Positions 11,411 to 24,449 are shown, counted from the stretch's first letter. The stretch: 64,000 bases of DNA from Cycas panzhihuaensis (GCA_023213395.1 CM041465.1:87365741-87429740), one strand, 5' to 3'. Made by a program: numbers and translations. The notes: generated by a model from the sequence alone, not told the origin.

Positions 11411-14123
11411 GAAGGTCCAAGCAATAATAAAATGGCCAACACCAAAGAATGTCACGGGAATTCGTAGCTTCTTAGGAGTAGCCGGATACCTCAAGAAATT
11501 CATAAGAGGATATGCTAACATAGCAGCTCTACTTACGGATCTGATAAAAATGGATGCTTTCACATGGAATGAAATGACCAATAAGGCCTTTGAAGAACTA
11601 AAAAGCGCAATGGTAAGAGCCCCAGTTTTAGCAAATCCTGCACTTCTCAAAACCATTCATCTTGGAATGTGATGCTTCAGGGTTTGGCATAGGAGATATC
11701 CTATTACAAGACAAAAGACTGATAGCATACGAAAGTAGGAAATTGAATAACAGAGAAAAGTTAAAGCCCATCTATGATAAGGAGATGCTAGCAATAATCC
11801 ATGCGATCAACTAGTGGAGACAATATTTACTAGGCAGCTCCTTCCAGGTATGAACAGACCACGACAGTCTCAAATACTTCTTAAATTAGAAGACACTGTC
11901 ATACGAATAACAAAAGTGGGTGAGAAAACTACAAACATTCGATTTTTCCATTGTGTACAAAAAGGGCAAAGACAATGTCATAGCAGACACCCTCTCAAGA
12001 ATTTTAGAAGAAACTCACCAGAAACCAGCACTATATACAATATCAATGGCTACTCCAACTTGGCATGAGTCATTAAAGAAGGAATACGACAATTATCTGA
12101 AGTACAAATAATTGATCAACAAAGTAAGGGAGGAAAAAACTGGCTCATATGAGATACAACAGGGAGTAATACTTAGGAAAGGAAAGATCTGCATTCCTAG
12201 AAGGTCAAGGCTAAAGGAGATAATATTACAAAAAGGGCATTCCACATCGATAGTAGGTCACACAGGGATTGACAAGACATACAGGAAGATAAGAGCATCG
12301 TTTTACTAGAAATGATTAAAAATAGACATTCAAAAGTTCGTGGCATAATGTGATACCTATCAATGAAATATGATCGAATGTATAAAAACACTAGGGTTAC
12401 TCTAGTTGTTGCCAACACCAGAACAAAAATGGGATGAAATATCCATGGATTTTATAATCGAATTACCTTGCTCGGAAGGAAAGGATGCAATTCTAGTCAT
12501 CATAGATTGCTTCACCAAATATGGCCACTTCAGAGGACTGAAATCGACAACTAAGGCCAGTGACGCGGCAGAACTATATATGAAGGAAATCCATAGGTTA
12601 CATGGTTTTCCTAAAGCAATTGTAAGTGACCGTGACCCAAAATTTACTAGTAAATTTTGGCAGGATCTATTCAAAATTACGGGCACAAAACTCAAGATGA
12701 GCACATCATACCATCCTCAGACGGATGGCCAAACAAAGATTGCTAACAAATGCTTAGAAGGATACTTGATAAACTTATGCTCAGACAAACAAAAATAATG
12801 GCATCAATGGTTATATTTAGCAGAATGGTGGTACAATACCACATATCATTCTTCAACAAAAATGACACCTTTCCAGGCTTTGTATGGCTACATGCCACCA
12901 TCATTATTAACCTGGAATAGACCTTCACGTCTAGGCAAATAAGAACATCGAAAGCAAATGGAGGAAACCATCAACAAATTAAAGGATAACCTAGCAATTG
13001 TATAAAACATAATGAAACAACAAGCTAATCTAAAATGCTCAGAATGACAATTTGAAGTAGGAGATTGGGTCTTCTTACGCCTTCAGCCATACAAACAGAT
13101 GTCCTTACAGAAAAGAAACAATCAAAAGCTAGCACCTAGATACTTTGGTCCTTACAAAATCACTTCCAAAGTAGGTGAAGTCGCCTACTAGTTAGAACTC
13201 CCAGAAAACACAAAGGTTCACAACGTTTTCCATGTATCCTGTCTAAAGAAGAAAATTAAGGAAAAGATCTTTTCTCAATCCAACATACTAGAGCTCGATG
13301 AGGAAGGAAAGATGACGCTAGAACCTGAAGGAATCTTACAATCCCACACCCGATCTCTTAGGTCAAAACAGATCAAAGAGCACCTAATCAAATGGAAGAA
13401 CCTGGATATTAAAGACGCCACTTGGGAAAACGACCAATGGTTAAAACAATTTCTGGGCCTGCTAGTGCTTTGAGGGCAAAGCACAATTTCAAGGGGAGGG
13501 GACTTGTAGCACTCCAAAATATGGTTAAAGGTATAGCATATGAGCATTCAAATGAAAGGCCTCTGAATAACCATTTCAAGGGTTTAGATGAAAGTCAATT
13601 CTGACATCCTTATCAAAAGTTATGACCATTTAAAGATAGCCTGCCAATTTTTAGAAAAGTTGTGGCCAACTTCTCATGTTTATATTGGGCGCACTCCTCC
13701 CTCCTCTGGCTGACTTCATTTTGTCCTAGTTTATGTGCCTATATATAAGGACTTTGAGATCATTCGAAATTATCCAGTGGTGAAGCTTTTCCTCCTCATT
13801 TTTGGCTTTAAGGTAAGTGTAGATTTTTGGCCTTAGGGCTGCAATTTCTGGGAGGATCCCCACCTCAAAGGGTTTGGTGATTGTTGCAGGTAGTACAGGT
13901 ACTTTGTTGGAACTCTACTTATATTTTGTACACTTTGGTATCGTATTTTTGTATTTAATCTATAATTGGAGATATAATTTTGGATCAAAAGGTGTTTGCC
14001 ATCTATGAATTCGCTCTATTTGGTTTTAGTATTTGTGGTCTTTTTCTCTATTATTGTTCTATTTTTGTGAATTCGCCCTACTCTGCTCTATTTTCTGTCC
14101 AATTAGGTAAAGTACTCGCTACA
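11411..14123 (+). mobile_element. Ty3/gypsy chromovirus (Reina-like), 3' half: RT end, RH, INT, chromodomain, PPT, 3' LTR
   Basis: KVQAIIKWPTPKNVTGIRSFLG; ECDASGFGIG; GHTGIDKT; WDEISMDFI; VSDRDPKFTS; YHPQTDGQT; LQPYKQ..KLAPRYFGPY; chromodomain HLIKWKNLDIKDATWE; PPT AAGGGGAGGGG. Confidence 0.9.
13505..14123 (+). repeat. 3' LTR of the chromovirus (619 bp)
   Basis: Terminal inverted repeats TGTAGC...GCTACA directly after the PPT. TATA box CTATATATAAG at about 13739-13749. Confidence 0.88.
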
Positions 14124-15525
14124 GCTATGTACGTTGATATCTAGCACAGGCTTGGGTCTCACCAACTCCTAGTTTGCTCAAGGAAAGCACGAGCCCAAGA
14201 GAGGAAGGATGGGAAGGGGTTTGCCCTTGCGGAGTAGGTCTAAAAGGCATGGATCCCGCCTTAACTCCTTTCACCCAATCCTTATGCACCCTCTCCTATA
14301 GCTTTCTTGAGAGAAACTAGCGAAGAATGGGAGAAAGCTTGAGGTATTGAAGCCAAAGACAAGAAAGAGCAGTCCCTTTTACAACAAAAACACAAAAAAG
14401 GGAAGATAGTTTGCTTTTAAACAAGCTCTAATGGAGTAAATATGTGCTAAAACATAAAACCAAGGCAAGGGGTACCTGCTGGGCTATGTTAGGGGTAGAT
14501 CTACCCCTACAAATAGTGGAAGATGGCAGGTCCTGCAAGGTTTATAGGGTACCTCACAAGGTGGAGTTGCAGGAGACACTTGCTGGGTGAAAACTGAAGG
14601 ATAAACGTGGAGATCTTGCTTGGAAATGCTTAGTGGAGAGTCCTCTGCCATGTATTAGAGCTACTTCAGGCATATCCCTAGCTGGAATGGAATAACTCCA
14701 GCGTTGCAGATGTAGCTTTGAAAAGAGAGGAAGGAGAGAGAAAAATTGTAGCAATAGGAAGTATTGTTGGAGAGCTAAGAGAGGTAAAATGAGGTCTTTT
14801 TGGGGATATATATACCCATCTAAGAGAGGTGAAATGATGTCTTTTGGGGGATATATACCCATCCCAACCCTAACCGAGTGATTAGGGTTTAAATAGGGCT
14901 AACTTGGCAACCTATCCACATGGCAGTTCTGCAAAAAGAGCGAGAATTACCACGGCGGATAAAAAAAATAGTGAGCAATAGTTGCACTACAGTAAACTTC
15001 GCGGTACCACTTAGTTTACAGTGGTGTAAGACCAGAATGCTAAAATAGCAATGGAGAGGGTTCTGGGAGCCCTAAATGGAGATGTCTTAGGTCTAAGAGG
15101 GGTTGGACCTCCTATCCAGGTGCCTGGGGATAGTCTGAGTGACATGTAGGCTAGACCAAATGGGACATCGGGAGTTAGGATTCCCAGAAATACCATGAGA
15201 GGATGCAAGATCAAGGTTTGAGTGGGTTATACACGTTAGGTGAGGCTTGAGGCAACGTGGAGGTGGTGTGAGGGGTTGTAGAGTGCCATGGGGATGCCTG
15301 CCTCACGGAGAGGCAGGTCCCACAGGTCGTCATAGGCTAAAAATATAACAAATAGCATGATCAAGCAATAGATGCAAGGTGATCACTCAAATATGGTAGT
15401 CAATCATGCAATGAGGGCATGCTTCTATCAACCTTTCCAAAGAAACAGTAAGGTGAAAAAAAAGAAGCATACCTGCACTTACTTGAGTCGACCTGTCCAT
15501 ACCCTTTCTCAATAACCAGGAAACA
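14124..15525 (-). repeat. Tat-family LTR (element E), 5' 1.4 kb, minus strand
   Basis: Reverse complement starts TGTTTCCTGG at 15525. Layout matches the B/D LTRs: GCGGTACC palindrome at 14992-15019, telo-box and TATA-like motif at about 14870-14900. Confidence 0.8.
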
Positions 15526-15539
15526 AAGTCTTAAAGTAA

Positions 15540-17920
15540 GAAGAATTGTATGAGCTTAGCTCTAGTTCATATGACTCTGAAAACAAATATGTAGCAAAGG
15601 GGCTCATACAGACCCCTCTGAATTATACCACCCTGAACCGAAAAATAAGAGATATTAATTTTAAGTGGTGGTTAGAGTCTAAAGAAAAGGAAAGACAAAT
15701 CAAATAAGTCAAAAGGTAACACTAGAAATTAATCAAATCCAGGGAAGGACAAAAGGAGGCAAGCCCAAGGGCAATAGTCCTACCACACACATCCAATGGA
15801 TTGTACATAAAATATAAATATAATGACTCATTTGAGCTCAAAACTCTCTTAGATACTGGATGTACATATAATATGATACATGAGTCTTGTGTCTCTAGGA
15901 CCCTACTGGTAAGACTAAACTTCCCTATTTCCACTTATGGGATGAAGGGGCAAAAGTCTACCAGTACATATGAATGCACTCTTTCTGTGGAAATGGGAGC
16001 TTGGACATATGATATTCACTTCATTGTAAACAATGATATTTCTAAATATGTAGTTCTAAGACAAGAATTTCTCTCCTAGTTTCTCGAATATACTATAAAA
16101 AATTCTAATTCAAGGCTCGACATTGTTTACCCCTCTAGATTCGTGAATAAGGTGACTTTCTTATCTCAGATCCTGAAATTTTATAGTGAAATCTGCATAA
16201 AGGAGCCAGAAGGACCCACGGTAAAGTAGATAAAAGAATTAGAGGCAGAAATTCCTGCAGAAATAAATGAGGGCGACATCAATGAAATAGCCTTACATCA
16301 CACATAGCTAACTACAACCAAGCTCAAAAGAAAATAGATATGGCTAGAACAAGGTAATGGAAGAACATGACAGCAACAGAACCTCCCAAACTTTAAGGAT
16401 TGCTATCACCTAAATCAACAAGCATTTTGATGAACTGCAAAATAGTTCTATAAGATAAACACCCTGCCAGGAGCATCAACCTATGAAAAAGTTATCCCAA
16501 TCAGCCCGAAAGATCGAAAGAATATGGAAGCTGCACTAGATGAATTATTAAAATACAATCTAATTAGGCCATCCACATTAGATTTCCCCTATTCTGCATT
16601 CATGGTAAACAAGCATAATGAACAGAAGTGGGGAAAGAAAAGAATGGTGATCAACTACAAGCCACTCAATGCCATCACAATAAAATTTAGATATCCCATC
16701 CCTCACAACGATAATCTCCTAAGGAACTTAGTAGGTTACAAAATTTACTCTAAGTTTGACTGTAAAAGCGGCTTTTACCAAATTAAAACAACCCCTAAAC
16801 ATATCTATAAGACTGCCTTTAGTACTCCCTAAGGATAATATGAGTGGATGCTTATGCCATTTGGTCTATGCAATGCACCCAACTACTTCCAAAGGTGGAT
16901 GGACTCAATCTTCAGGCCGTACTACTCTTTTATTCTTGTATACATAGATGATATCATGATCTATTCCTTCTCATTAGAGAAACACCGAGAGTATCTGAAT
17001 AAGTTCCTCGAGTTGGTCAGAGAAATAGAATAGTACTTTTAGATTAAAAAATGACTTTGGCACAATCTGAGATCAAATTCTTAGGGCTTCACATTAAGGA
17101 GGGATGAGTGCAGCCACAACCCCATGTAGTTGGACACATAGTAGAATATCTTGATAAGATCGTAACTCCTAAACAGGTCCAATCCTTTTTAGGGTGCATC
17201 AATTACCTGCTGCCCTTCATTAAAGATTGCAGCATTCAGAGAGCAAGACTATAATCGCTATTGAAGAATAATTCTTTTGACTGGACCAACGAGCATACAA
17301 AACTGGTACAGGAGTTAAAAAGAATGTGCTAAGAACTCCCACCATTAAGGATTCCCACAGGAAATGGAAAATTTACTGTCCAAACATATGCCTCTAACAC
17401 AGGATGTGGAGTAACATTATTTGAAAATGGGTAGGTATACCGATATGCATCAGGCACATGGACTGATGCAGAAAAGTGCTACCACTTTACAGAGAGGAAA
17501 ATACAAGCTATCGTCAAGGCATTAAAGGCCTTTAAACTTTATCTGTTATCCTCTCACTTCACTATCCAAAATGACTACAAGGGGTTAGCCAGATTTAAAA
17601 ATAGGAATATTGATCCCCTATTAGACAAGCATGGCAAATTAACCAGATGGCAGAGCTTTGTGCATAAATTCTTATATGACATAAAATATATTCCAGAAAT
17701 CACTAACATCCTTACTAATAAATTGTCCAAGAAACATGATGGCACAACTGGAAGCGTAGTGGACCCTATTTCAACAAGCAATCCAGAATCTTCCTCACCA
17801 CCTCCAAATGAAGATTTGTCACGACACCAAAGAAGACTACTATCTATAACTAGCCGTCTGAATAAACGTAAGAGCACATTATCCTCATCTCCAAGAAGAA
17901 CACGCGATGGATTTAGATAA
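15540..17920 (+). pseudogene. Caulimovirid polyprotein, C-terminal part (aspartic protease, RT, RNase H)
   Basis: ORF pieces 15801, 16524 and 16848 share one frame, separated by point stops; the RNase H piece 17660 is in another frame. Motifs: KTLLDTGCTYNMI, MPFGLCNAPNYFQRWMD, VYIDDIMIYS, AIVKALKAFKLYL. Confidence 0.88.
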
Positions 17921-18491
17921 TGCAGATCCATTTAGGTAGGTCTATGATCCCAAATATGAATATATTAAAGTTACATCACCCAATATCACTTTTAGAGACT
18001 TCAAGGAAATTTTGATACTTGTTAATGCCAAAATTATCAAAAATATTGGGTTTGCTTTTACACATTCTGGACGTGGATCAAGATGGTGGTACTTACTAAT
18101 ACATTTATTCGCAGGCTCATATTATAGAAGCATTCTGCCTTAAAAAATCCACTTTGTACATCTATACAATAGTAGAATCATTTTTAGCAGAAGAATTTTT
18201 GGCATCCATCACATAGAAGATGACCCCCTGAATGTCTACTACAATGCCAGAGAAGCTAGTCCAGACATAATGAGGGAAATATTTGAATTTGAAATTGACA
18301 ACGTACTAAATGCGAATTACTTTTATGGATACTTATGGGTTGAAGATGGGATACAATGGTAGGACCCAACTTTTGAACAGAAGCTTGAAGAGGTGGATAG
18401 TGAATCGGATGAGTACATCCTACGTGGAGGGGGATGTCCTCCACACCATCCTAGTAAAGGGGGATGTCCTTTACATTTTGACGTGTCCTAG
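17736..18491 (+). pseudogene. Putative caulimovirid ORF2 (~250 codons, +1 frame overlapping the end of ORF1), function unknown
   Basis: ATGATG at 17736. My translation stays in one frame to the TAG at 18489-18491, with 6 internal stops and an acidic tail (EQKLEEVDSESDEY). Confidence 0.5.
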
Positions 18492-18685
18492 TGAAAGGGG
18501 ATGTCTTTCACACGTAAAAATATAAAATATTATAAACTCAACCCTCAAGGACTGACATACTGATGAAAAAGACATTCACTCACCTCGAAGGGTAGATGCT
18601 CCTAGATGTTCTCCCTTAATTAATATTTTATGTCTCCACTGACTTCTTCAGGAAGTTTTCCCTAATAAAATAATACGAAAATCTT

Positions 18686-18720
18686 CCTATTAAGAGGGAG
18701 CCTCTCCTCATTTGTAAACA
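18686..18720 (+). promoter_or_regulatory. Caulimovirid pregenomic-RNA core promoter
   Basis: CCTATTAAGAGGG...CTCATTTGT resembles the CaMV 35S TATA...TCATTTG layout and lies about 470 nt upstream of the PBS. Confidence 0.5.
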
Positions 18721-19162
18721 CACTTAGGGAAGCAAGGAGACAAAGAGTAAGGAAGGAAGGAAGAGCAAAGGGAGAGAAGGAGGCTTAGAACTTTTGTAAT
18801 ACCTTTTGAAGTATAATACAAGGTGTGATTTCTGAAATATTTGCATCTCTTAAAACTTTCTTCTATTTTATATCTTACTATCATGCTGTCGGAGTATTCG
18901 ATATAAAAGTATACTCTTGCCTCGCCTGTCATAGGATCTTGGTAATTAGAAATTATATCGGATCCTACCAGTCTAAATATTCTAGTTATTATTGAACTTG
19001 CATAGAGACATTAGAATGTGTTCTTGTATTGCCATGTTATTATTTTGAGTTATGGCTACATACTACATAAGATCTCTATTGAATTGCAAGTGCCCAGCCT
19101 TTCAATCAGATATAAAAGGCATTGGTGGCTTGGGGTAGACTACTAGTAGCTAGGGTTTTGTG

Positions 19163-19174
19163 TGGTATCAGAGC
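19163..19174 (+). other. tRNAi-Met primer-binding site of the caulimovirid
   Basis: TGGTATCAGAGC is the 12-nt complement of the plant initiator tRNA-Met 3' end. Confidence 0.9.
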
Positions 19175-20104
19175 ATAGCGAAGGAGGACTCCATCAAAGG
19201 ATCTTTTGTACAACACCTCCTCCATGAGGAAGTACTGCCTAGTAGTAGCCCTAATGCATGACCTTACCTTGTCACTAGCATCGAGACGATACTACTATTC
19301 AGTAAGGTATCATACAATATCCTCATACTATTTACTATTAGCCAATGGATGGGGGAACGCATCTTGAACAGAGAGGATATGCTCGTCCGGCAAGGAATCA
19401 TTAACATGAGTGTTTGAAGAGTTAGGGATGGGGGCATTAGCTAGCTACTCAACAACCACCATTCCCTTCTTTGACTTCCTATTAACGATTTGGAGATTAT
19501 ATTCTTGAAGGAGGATGGCCCACTTGCCAGTCATATCGGTCAAGTCAGATTGGGTTAGGAGGTATCTTAAGGGATCAGATTGGATGATCACTTGAGTGGT
19601 GTTACCAAGCAAGTAATCCCTGAATTTCTTAGTGGCGTGCACCAAGGTGAAGCATTCCTTCTCGGTAGGGGAATAGTTGAGCTCATCAGCAACTAAGGTG
19701 TGACTAATAAAGTAGATAGCCCTCTCAGATCCCGAATCATCCTCTTGGGCAAGTATAGCCCCTAAAGATTCATTAGTAGTTAAGATGTAAAGGATAAAAG
19801 ATCGATTAAAGATGGAAGGTACCAAGATCAGGGTGGAAGCCAAGGCTCTTTTGAGCTCTTGGAAAGCTTCATGCACCTTTGGAGACCAAATGAATAGGGC
19901 CCCCTTCTTCAATAAGTTAGTGAGGGGTTTAGTGTTTATGGCGAAGTTTTTTAAGAAATGCCTGAGGAAACCCAAACTACCCAAGAACGACTTGATTTCC
20001 TGTTGAGTCTTGGGAGAAGGCATGTCAAGGATGGCCTTGATTTTATTGGGACCAATCCAGATTCCTTGTTTTGAAACAAGGAAACCCAGAAGTCTGTTGG
20101 CTAT
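19175..20104 (-). mobile_element. Tat element D, RT end / RNase H / start of integrase region (left piece)
   Basis: ORF 19445-20023 (MPSPKTQQEIKSFLG...EKECFTLVHATKKFRDY) is homologous to the A/B RNase H. It resumes at 38151 across the B insertion. Confidence 0.9.
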
Positions 20105-23100
20105 TGTTTCCTAGCTATCAGGAATGGACATTGATAACTCACCTTAGGTAAGCATAGCTACGTATCTATCCTCACTTTCATTGGCTTCAGGATGTTATTG
20201 GATTATGGATAGATACACATTACTGATTGATTGATTGATTGCATGATCATTGTGCTTGGTTTAACTACATATTCATGTTTGCACATAATATTCTAGCCTA
20301 TGACGACTTGGGACAAGCATCCCATGACATCTTATGACCCTCTGCCATGTCTCCATAATGTCTCCAAGTACTTTTGGCTCCCATAGCCTGTCTTTTATCA
20401 CTTCTTAGCATGATGTAACCCCTGGCGGCCCATTTAGGCCTGGTTGTCACTCTTGTTTGCTACTTATTTCTCTTTGGGGCCTTGTTGCCACCCCTTTCTC
20501 GTTTATCATGGTCTCTCTAGGTCCTATAACCCCTCTTGGCACCTCAGCATTGTATTATTGTCCTTTCAGGGTCTAGGGCCCCCTTTTTGGGAAGCCTTCT
20601 AGGCTCCCCTTTTTTGTTTTTAGCTAGTTTTGAGTGCACAACTGCAAATTCTGCGGTACCACTATAAGCTCCATGGTACCGTGATGTTTGTCGTGGTATG
20701 ACTGTTCAAATTTATTTTTTTGTCTGGCCACAGTCAATTTCACATTAAATGCAAAATTGACATTTGGCACTTGGTTATTTATCGCCTAGGGCAAGCCTTA
20801 GTCGCCCGTTAGGCTAAGGTTGGGTTTAAAAACCCAAATTTTACTGCATTTCTCTTCTTCTTCCTCCTCATCTCTAAGAAAACTTTTTGAAACAAAAGCT
20901 CTCACCTGTTGTACCTATCCTCCAATCTAGCCATCATCTTCCTTAGGGTATAATCCTAAGTTATAGGTCTGTAACAATGAGCTTTGAGATAGATCTCCTC
21001 CATAAGTACTTCATTAAGGCACAAGCATCCAATTTGTTTGTAGGTCAAGCTCTCTCATTGCGTCATTGCAGAGGTTCTCCACCACTTTTTAAGGGAAACT
21101 TTCTTTCCAGCCAACATACAAGGTAGACTCACCTTAGATCTACTTTTTTCAGGTATTTACAGATATGCACATCATTCTTTTCCTTAAGCATAAGGGTTTT
21201 CTTGCTTACTTTTAAGTTTTCTGTGTGAAACTACGTCCTATTTATCTATTCTGTAAGGTAAACCCTTCCCTTTCTCATGCTTATTCCCTTACACCTTGAG
21301 GTTTCCCTCGGGTCCACTCAAGGAGGTAGAGAGAAAAGAGTCTAGCAAAGAGAGAAAGGAGTTTCAGGCAGGGTTCTGTACCCTTTTGCCATCTCCTCAA
21401 GGGTAGCCCCCTACTCTTCGCTCATTTTCCTCTCTTAATATCTCTCTTGTCCACTCAAAAATCCTTGGGGTAGGGAGCCTTGTTAGTTGTAGCATTAGCA
21501 GCACCTTGCTATGCCTACAACTAGCCTTCGTAGCTTCACAAAATCTGGTTTTTAGTAGTAGCTCCTTCGATTTACATAGTCTTACCTCTCCTTTTGTAAA
21601 ATCTTGCAAAAGTTACATAATGCAACTTATGCAACTTTTACATTTCCCTGTAACTTTTCCGTATACAAAGTTTGTTGCTCTTTTACCATTAGAAAAACTT
21701 GGCTTATGTCCTTATTTGCTTGCTTGAGTACTTGGGAATATGGAGACACCCCATTAGGAGGGTTAGTTATTCTGAGGCTACCCTTCTCTCTTCCTTCTAC
21801 CCCCTTTCTCACAATCATTAGAACATTTTGTTTGCATAATAAGTAAAACTAACATTGTACATGGTGTTTATTTGGAGGATGTTTGTATAAGGTTACTCTC
21901 ATTTTTTTCCTTTTCCTTTTGATAAGTATATGTACATAGGTTTACTCCCATGCATGCCTAGTGCCCCTTGGGAAAGGGCAAACTATTTGTCGTGCATGTT
22001 TCTCCTTTTTGGAGCAACCTAAGGCCTTTACGAAAGGTGCACATACCTCTCTTGTTGTTATTACATTATTTTAAAACTTCATTGTAAGCAATTCTTTCTT
22101 TTTCCTTTTGTTCTTTTTGCATTTGGACCTTGGGGAAGGTAAGGAAGCCTCGCTAGTGTTCCTCTCGCCATATTGATCGCGACAAGGAGCGTTGGTTAGA
22201 TGAGCATGGATCGCAAAGAAAGTGAAAAGGCCTCTACACCGACCATCCAGTTTCCAAGTGCACTATTTCTATCCTATCCTCTCGCTCATTCCTTCCCCTC
22301 CCTTTTTACTCCCAAAAGAAAAAAGAAGAAGAATAAAAGAGAAGATAATTTTGTATTTCATTATTTGTTGCTCAACTTGTTTGATCATATAGGGGGGAGG
22401 GTAATTACTTTGTACAAGTAGGTGTCAATCTCCATTAGTTGCATCTTTACCTCCCTCTCTTGGCTCAAACTCTCGTATTCGCCTGAGGTTGAGTGCAAAG
22501 GGTTGTGAGTCCCTCTATTCCCAACCTATTCTTTTTTACACGTACCATTAGGTTGACTTGCATTAATCCCTTGCATCCTCTTCTTGTGCTTCCTGCTTAC
22601 TTATTTCCTTTTATGCTTATAAAAAGATAAAAAGAGAGAGGCTCGGATCTAGGAAGAGAGAGTGAATTGTTATCTTTTTCTTGTTTACTTCTTTTTTAAT
22701 CTAAATATAAACTATAAATAACAACAGCTTATAGAACTATCCTATCTCATTGTATAACGAAAACAAAGAAACAAGATACATTGTGTAACTCCACCTACAT
22801 CTAGTCATTTGTTTCAGGTGTAGGCATCTTAGGGGCGTTCCCCCCTAAGGTCTTTCTCCCACCTTTCGGTGAGGCCTCACTTTGCCTTACCTCCATTTAG
22901 AAGTTGACATCTTTCAGCCCAACTTCCCCTTCTCATCTACACTACTAGTCACGTGTCACTTGCTCGTAGGTACTTCCTCTTTCAGTTAGGACCTACCTCT
23001 CTCGTTCCCTCTCGTTGGGAAGGGTGCATCCATCTCAACCCTCCTTCCTTAGCTATCCAAGATAGGAGGTCCCTTGAGTCTATTTAGCAAACTGAGGGAG

Positions 23101-23309
23101 CCCCCCTTTGTCCGCTTCGAATTAAGGAGGTGATCACCTTGAGGGGGAGTTTGTGCACTATTTGCGGGTCCTTGAACCTGCATTTTGATGCACGGATGCC
23201 CTTTGTGGGTAATCATTTCCCTTGCTTCTATATATCCTTTAGCCCTATGACTATCGATTGTATCAGCTTGATCTCTTCGTATCTGGTGATCCCTAGAGGT
23301 ACGCTTCAA
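20105..23309 (+). repeat. 5' LTR of B
   Basis: Direct repeat of 34948-38150. In one sample (21481-21600 vs 36323-36442) I counted 7 differences in 120 nt, all transitions. Confidence 0.92.
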
Positions 23310-23310
23310 C

Positions 23311-23328
23311 TAATGACCTTGCTGGGGA
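23311..23328 (+). other. Degenerate primer-binding site of B (tRNA-Arg type)
   Basis: TAATGACCTTGCTGGGGA. With D (43094-43077) and F (~62217) it gives a consensus TGGCGACCTTGCTGGGGA, like Ogre/Tat tRNA-Arg PBSs. Confidence 0.65.
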
Positions 23329-24449
23329 CTTGTCAATAAGGGGTCTATTCTAGTCCCTTTTTATCAGTAAGGGGTCCATCCTGGTGACAACACCCATGAG
23401 GATTGCCCTGTAGGGTCTGCTTCATATGGGGATCCTTCGACCTTATATGAGCAAGTGGATACCCCTCCAACGGATGTGGTGGGAGTGCTTAATTAGTGCT
23501 TCTAAGGGGCTTGCCTCTAACCACCTCCTAAATGGTTGAATAGCATCTTATGAAGCATGGCACTCTTCTCCTCCACATCTGCATTTTCACATTCATTCCA
23601 CTCGACTTTCCTATCTACAACGGGGACATCCCTCATTATGTCTTCCTCCTCTTGTGGCCCGTATTCCTTAGGGGCCACCTGAGGTATACCCACTCCCCAA
23701 CTTGGGTTAAGTATACCTCCTTCTAGCTAAGCAACTATGCCTCAACCGATCGTATTCCATCCACCTCCCGTTAGATCTAGGTGACTTACGTATCCCCCTA
23801 CTTCTAGGTACGTGGGACAAATTCATGTGCATTCCCAAACTCAACCTAGGGATTCTTCCCTCTATGTACCCCCGGCATATACTTCCTAACCATGGGGGCA
23901 TGGTAAAGGGAATCCTCTCCTCATCTATGGGGTGGACCCCTTATATCCATATGGTGTTACACCACCTATCGGTGGCCCATATGCGCAAAATCTGATTCCA
24001 CACCCATCTATAACTTCTTCTTATGTTTCTCCTTATGTGGTGCCTTCGCAAGGAGGGAAAGCCCATTCTCAAGGCACCTTTTCTCAAGTCCCCTTTCAAT
24101 AAGGGACACACCCTCAAGGAGGGATGGACTTGGAAGGTATGGCACCAAAATTGGAATCTGAAATTGGAATACCAATTATGGCGTACTCCTCCTGTTCGAA
24201 CCGGGGTTTGGATCTTGCTTACGAAAATGCGGAGGTTTTTCCCTACAAAAAGGAAGAGAAAGATCGGATTTCCCTCCTACCCATCCGCTTCTTTTTTTAT
24301 CCCCTCATATTTGGGATTAGTTCCCTCCCAGCAAGCGAGAGGAAGTTTATATCCCCTTTCAGGCCAACTTTTCCAAGGAGGATTTGGGCATCCTTGCCCA
24401 CCTCATCCTTCGTCCTTCGTTGACCCTATAGTCCAACCAAGGGCCCATC

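Larger units (their letters stand above)
15526..19174 (+). mobile_element. Endogenous caulimovirid (plant pararetrovirus) fragment: AP-RT-RH, downstream ORF, intergenic promoter region, PBS
   Basis: LLDTGC protease; GKKRMVINYKPLN and YSKFDCKSGFYQI (Caulimoviridae-type RT); YIDD; RH motif YASGTW; no integrase; ends in TGGTATCAGAGC. Confidence 0.9.

Noticed and set aside
14124-15525. LTR E as the 3' LTR of element D, implying D had captured the virus
   Set aside because: No PPT or aRH precedes it and it abuts viral coding sequence directly. Its sequence also differs clearly from D's 5' LTR.
14124-20104. GCTAT at both 14124-14128 and 20100-20104 as a TSD bracketing one inserted unit
   Set aside because: Each pentamer abuts a different element's LTR terminus (chromovirus and B) and is explained separately. 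The enclosed DNA is a mosaic of three elements.
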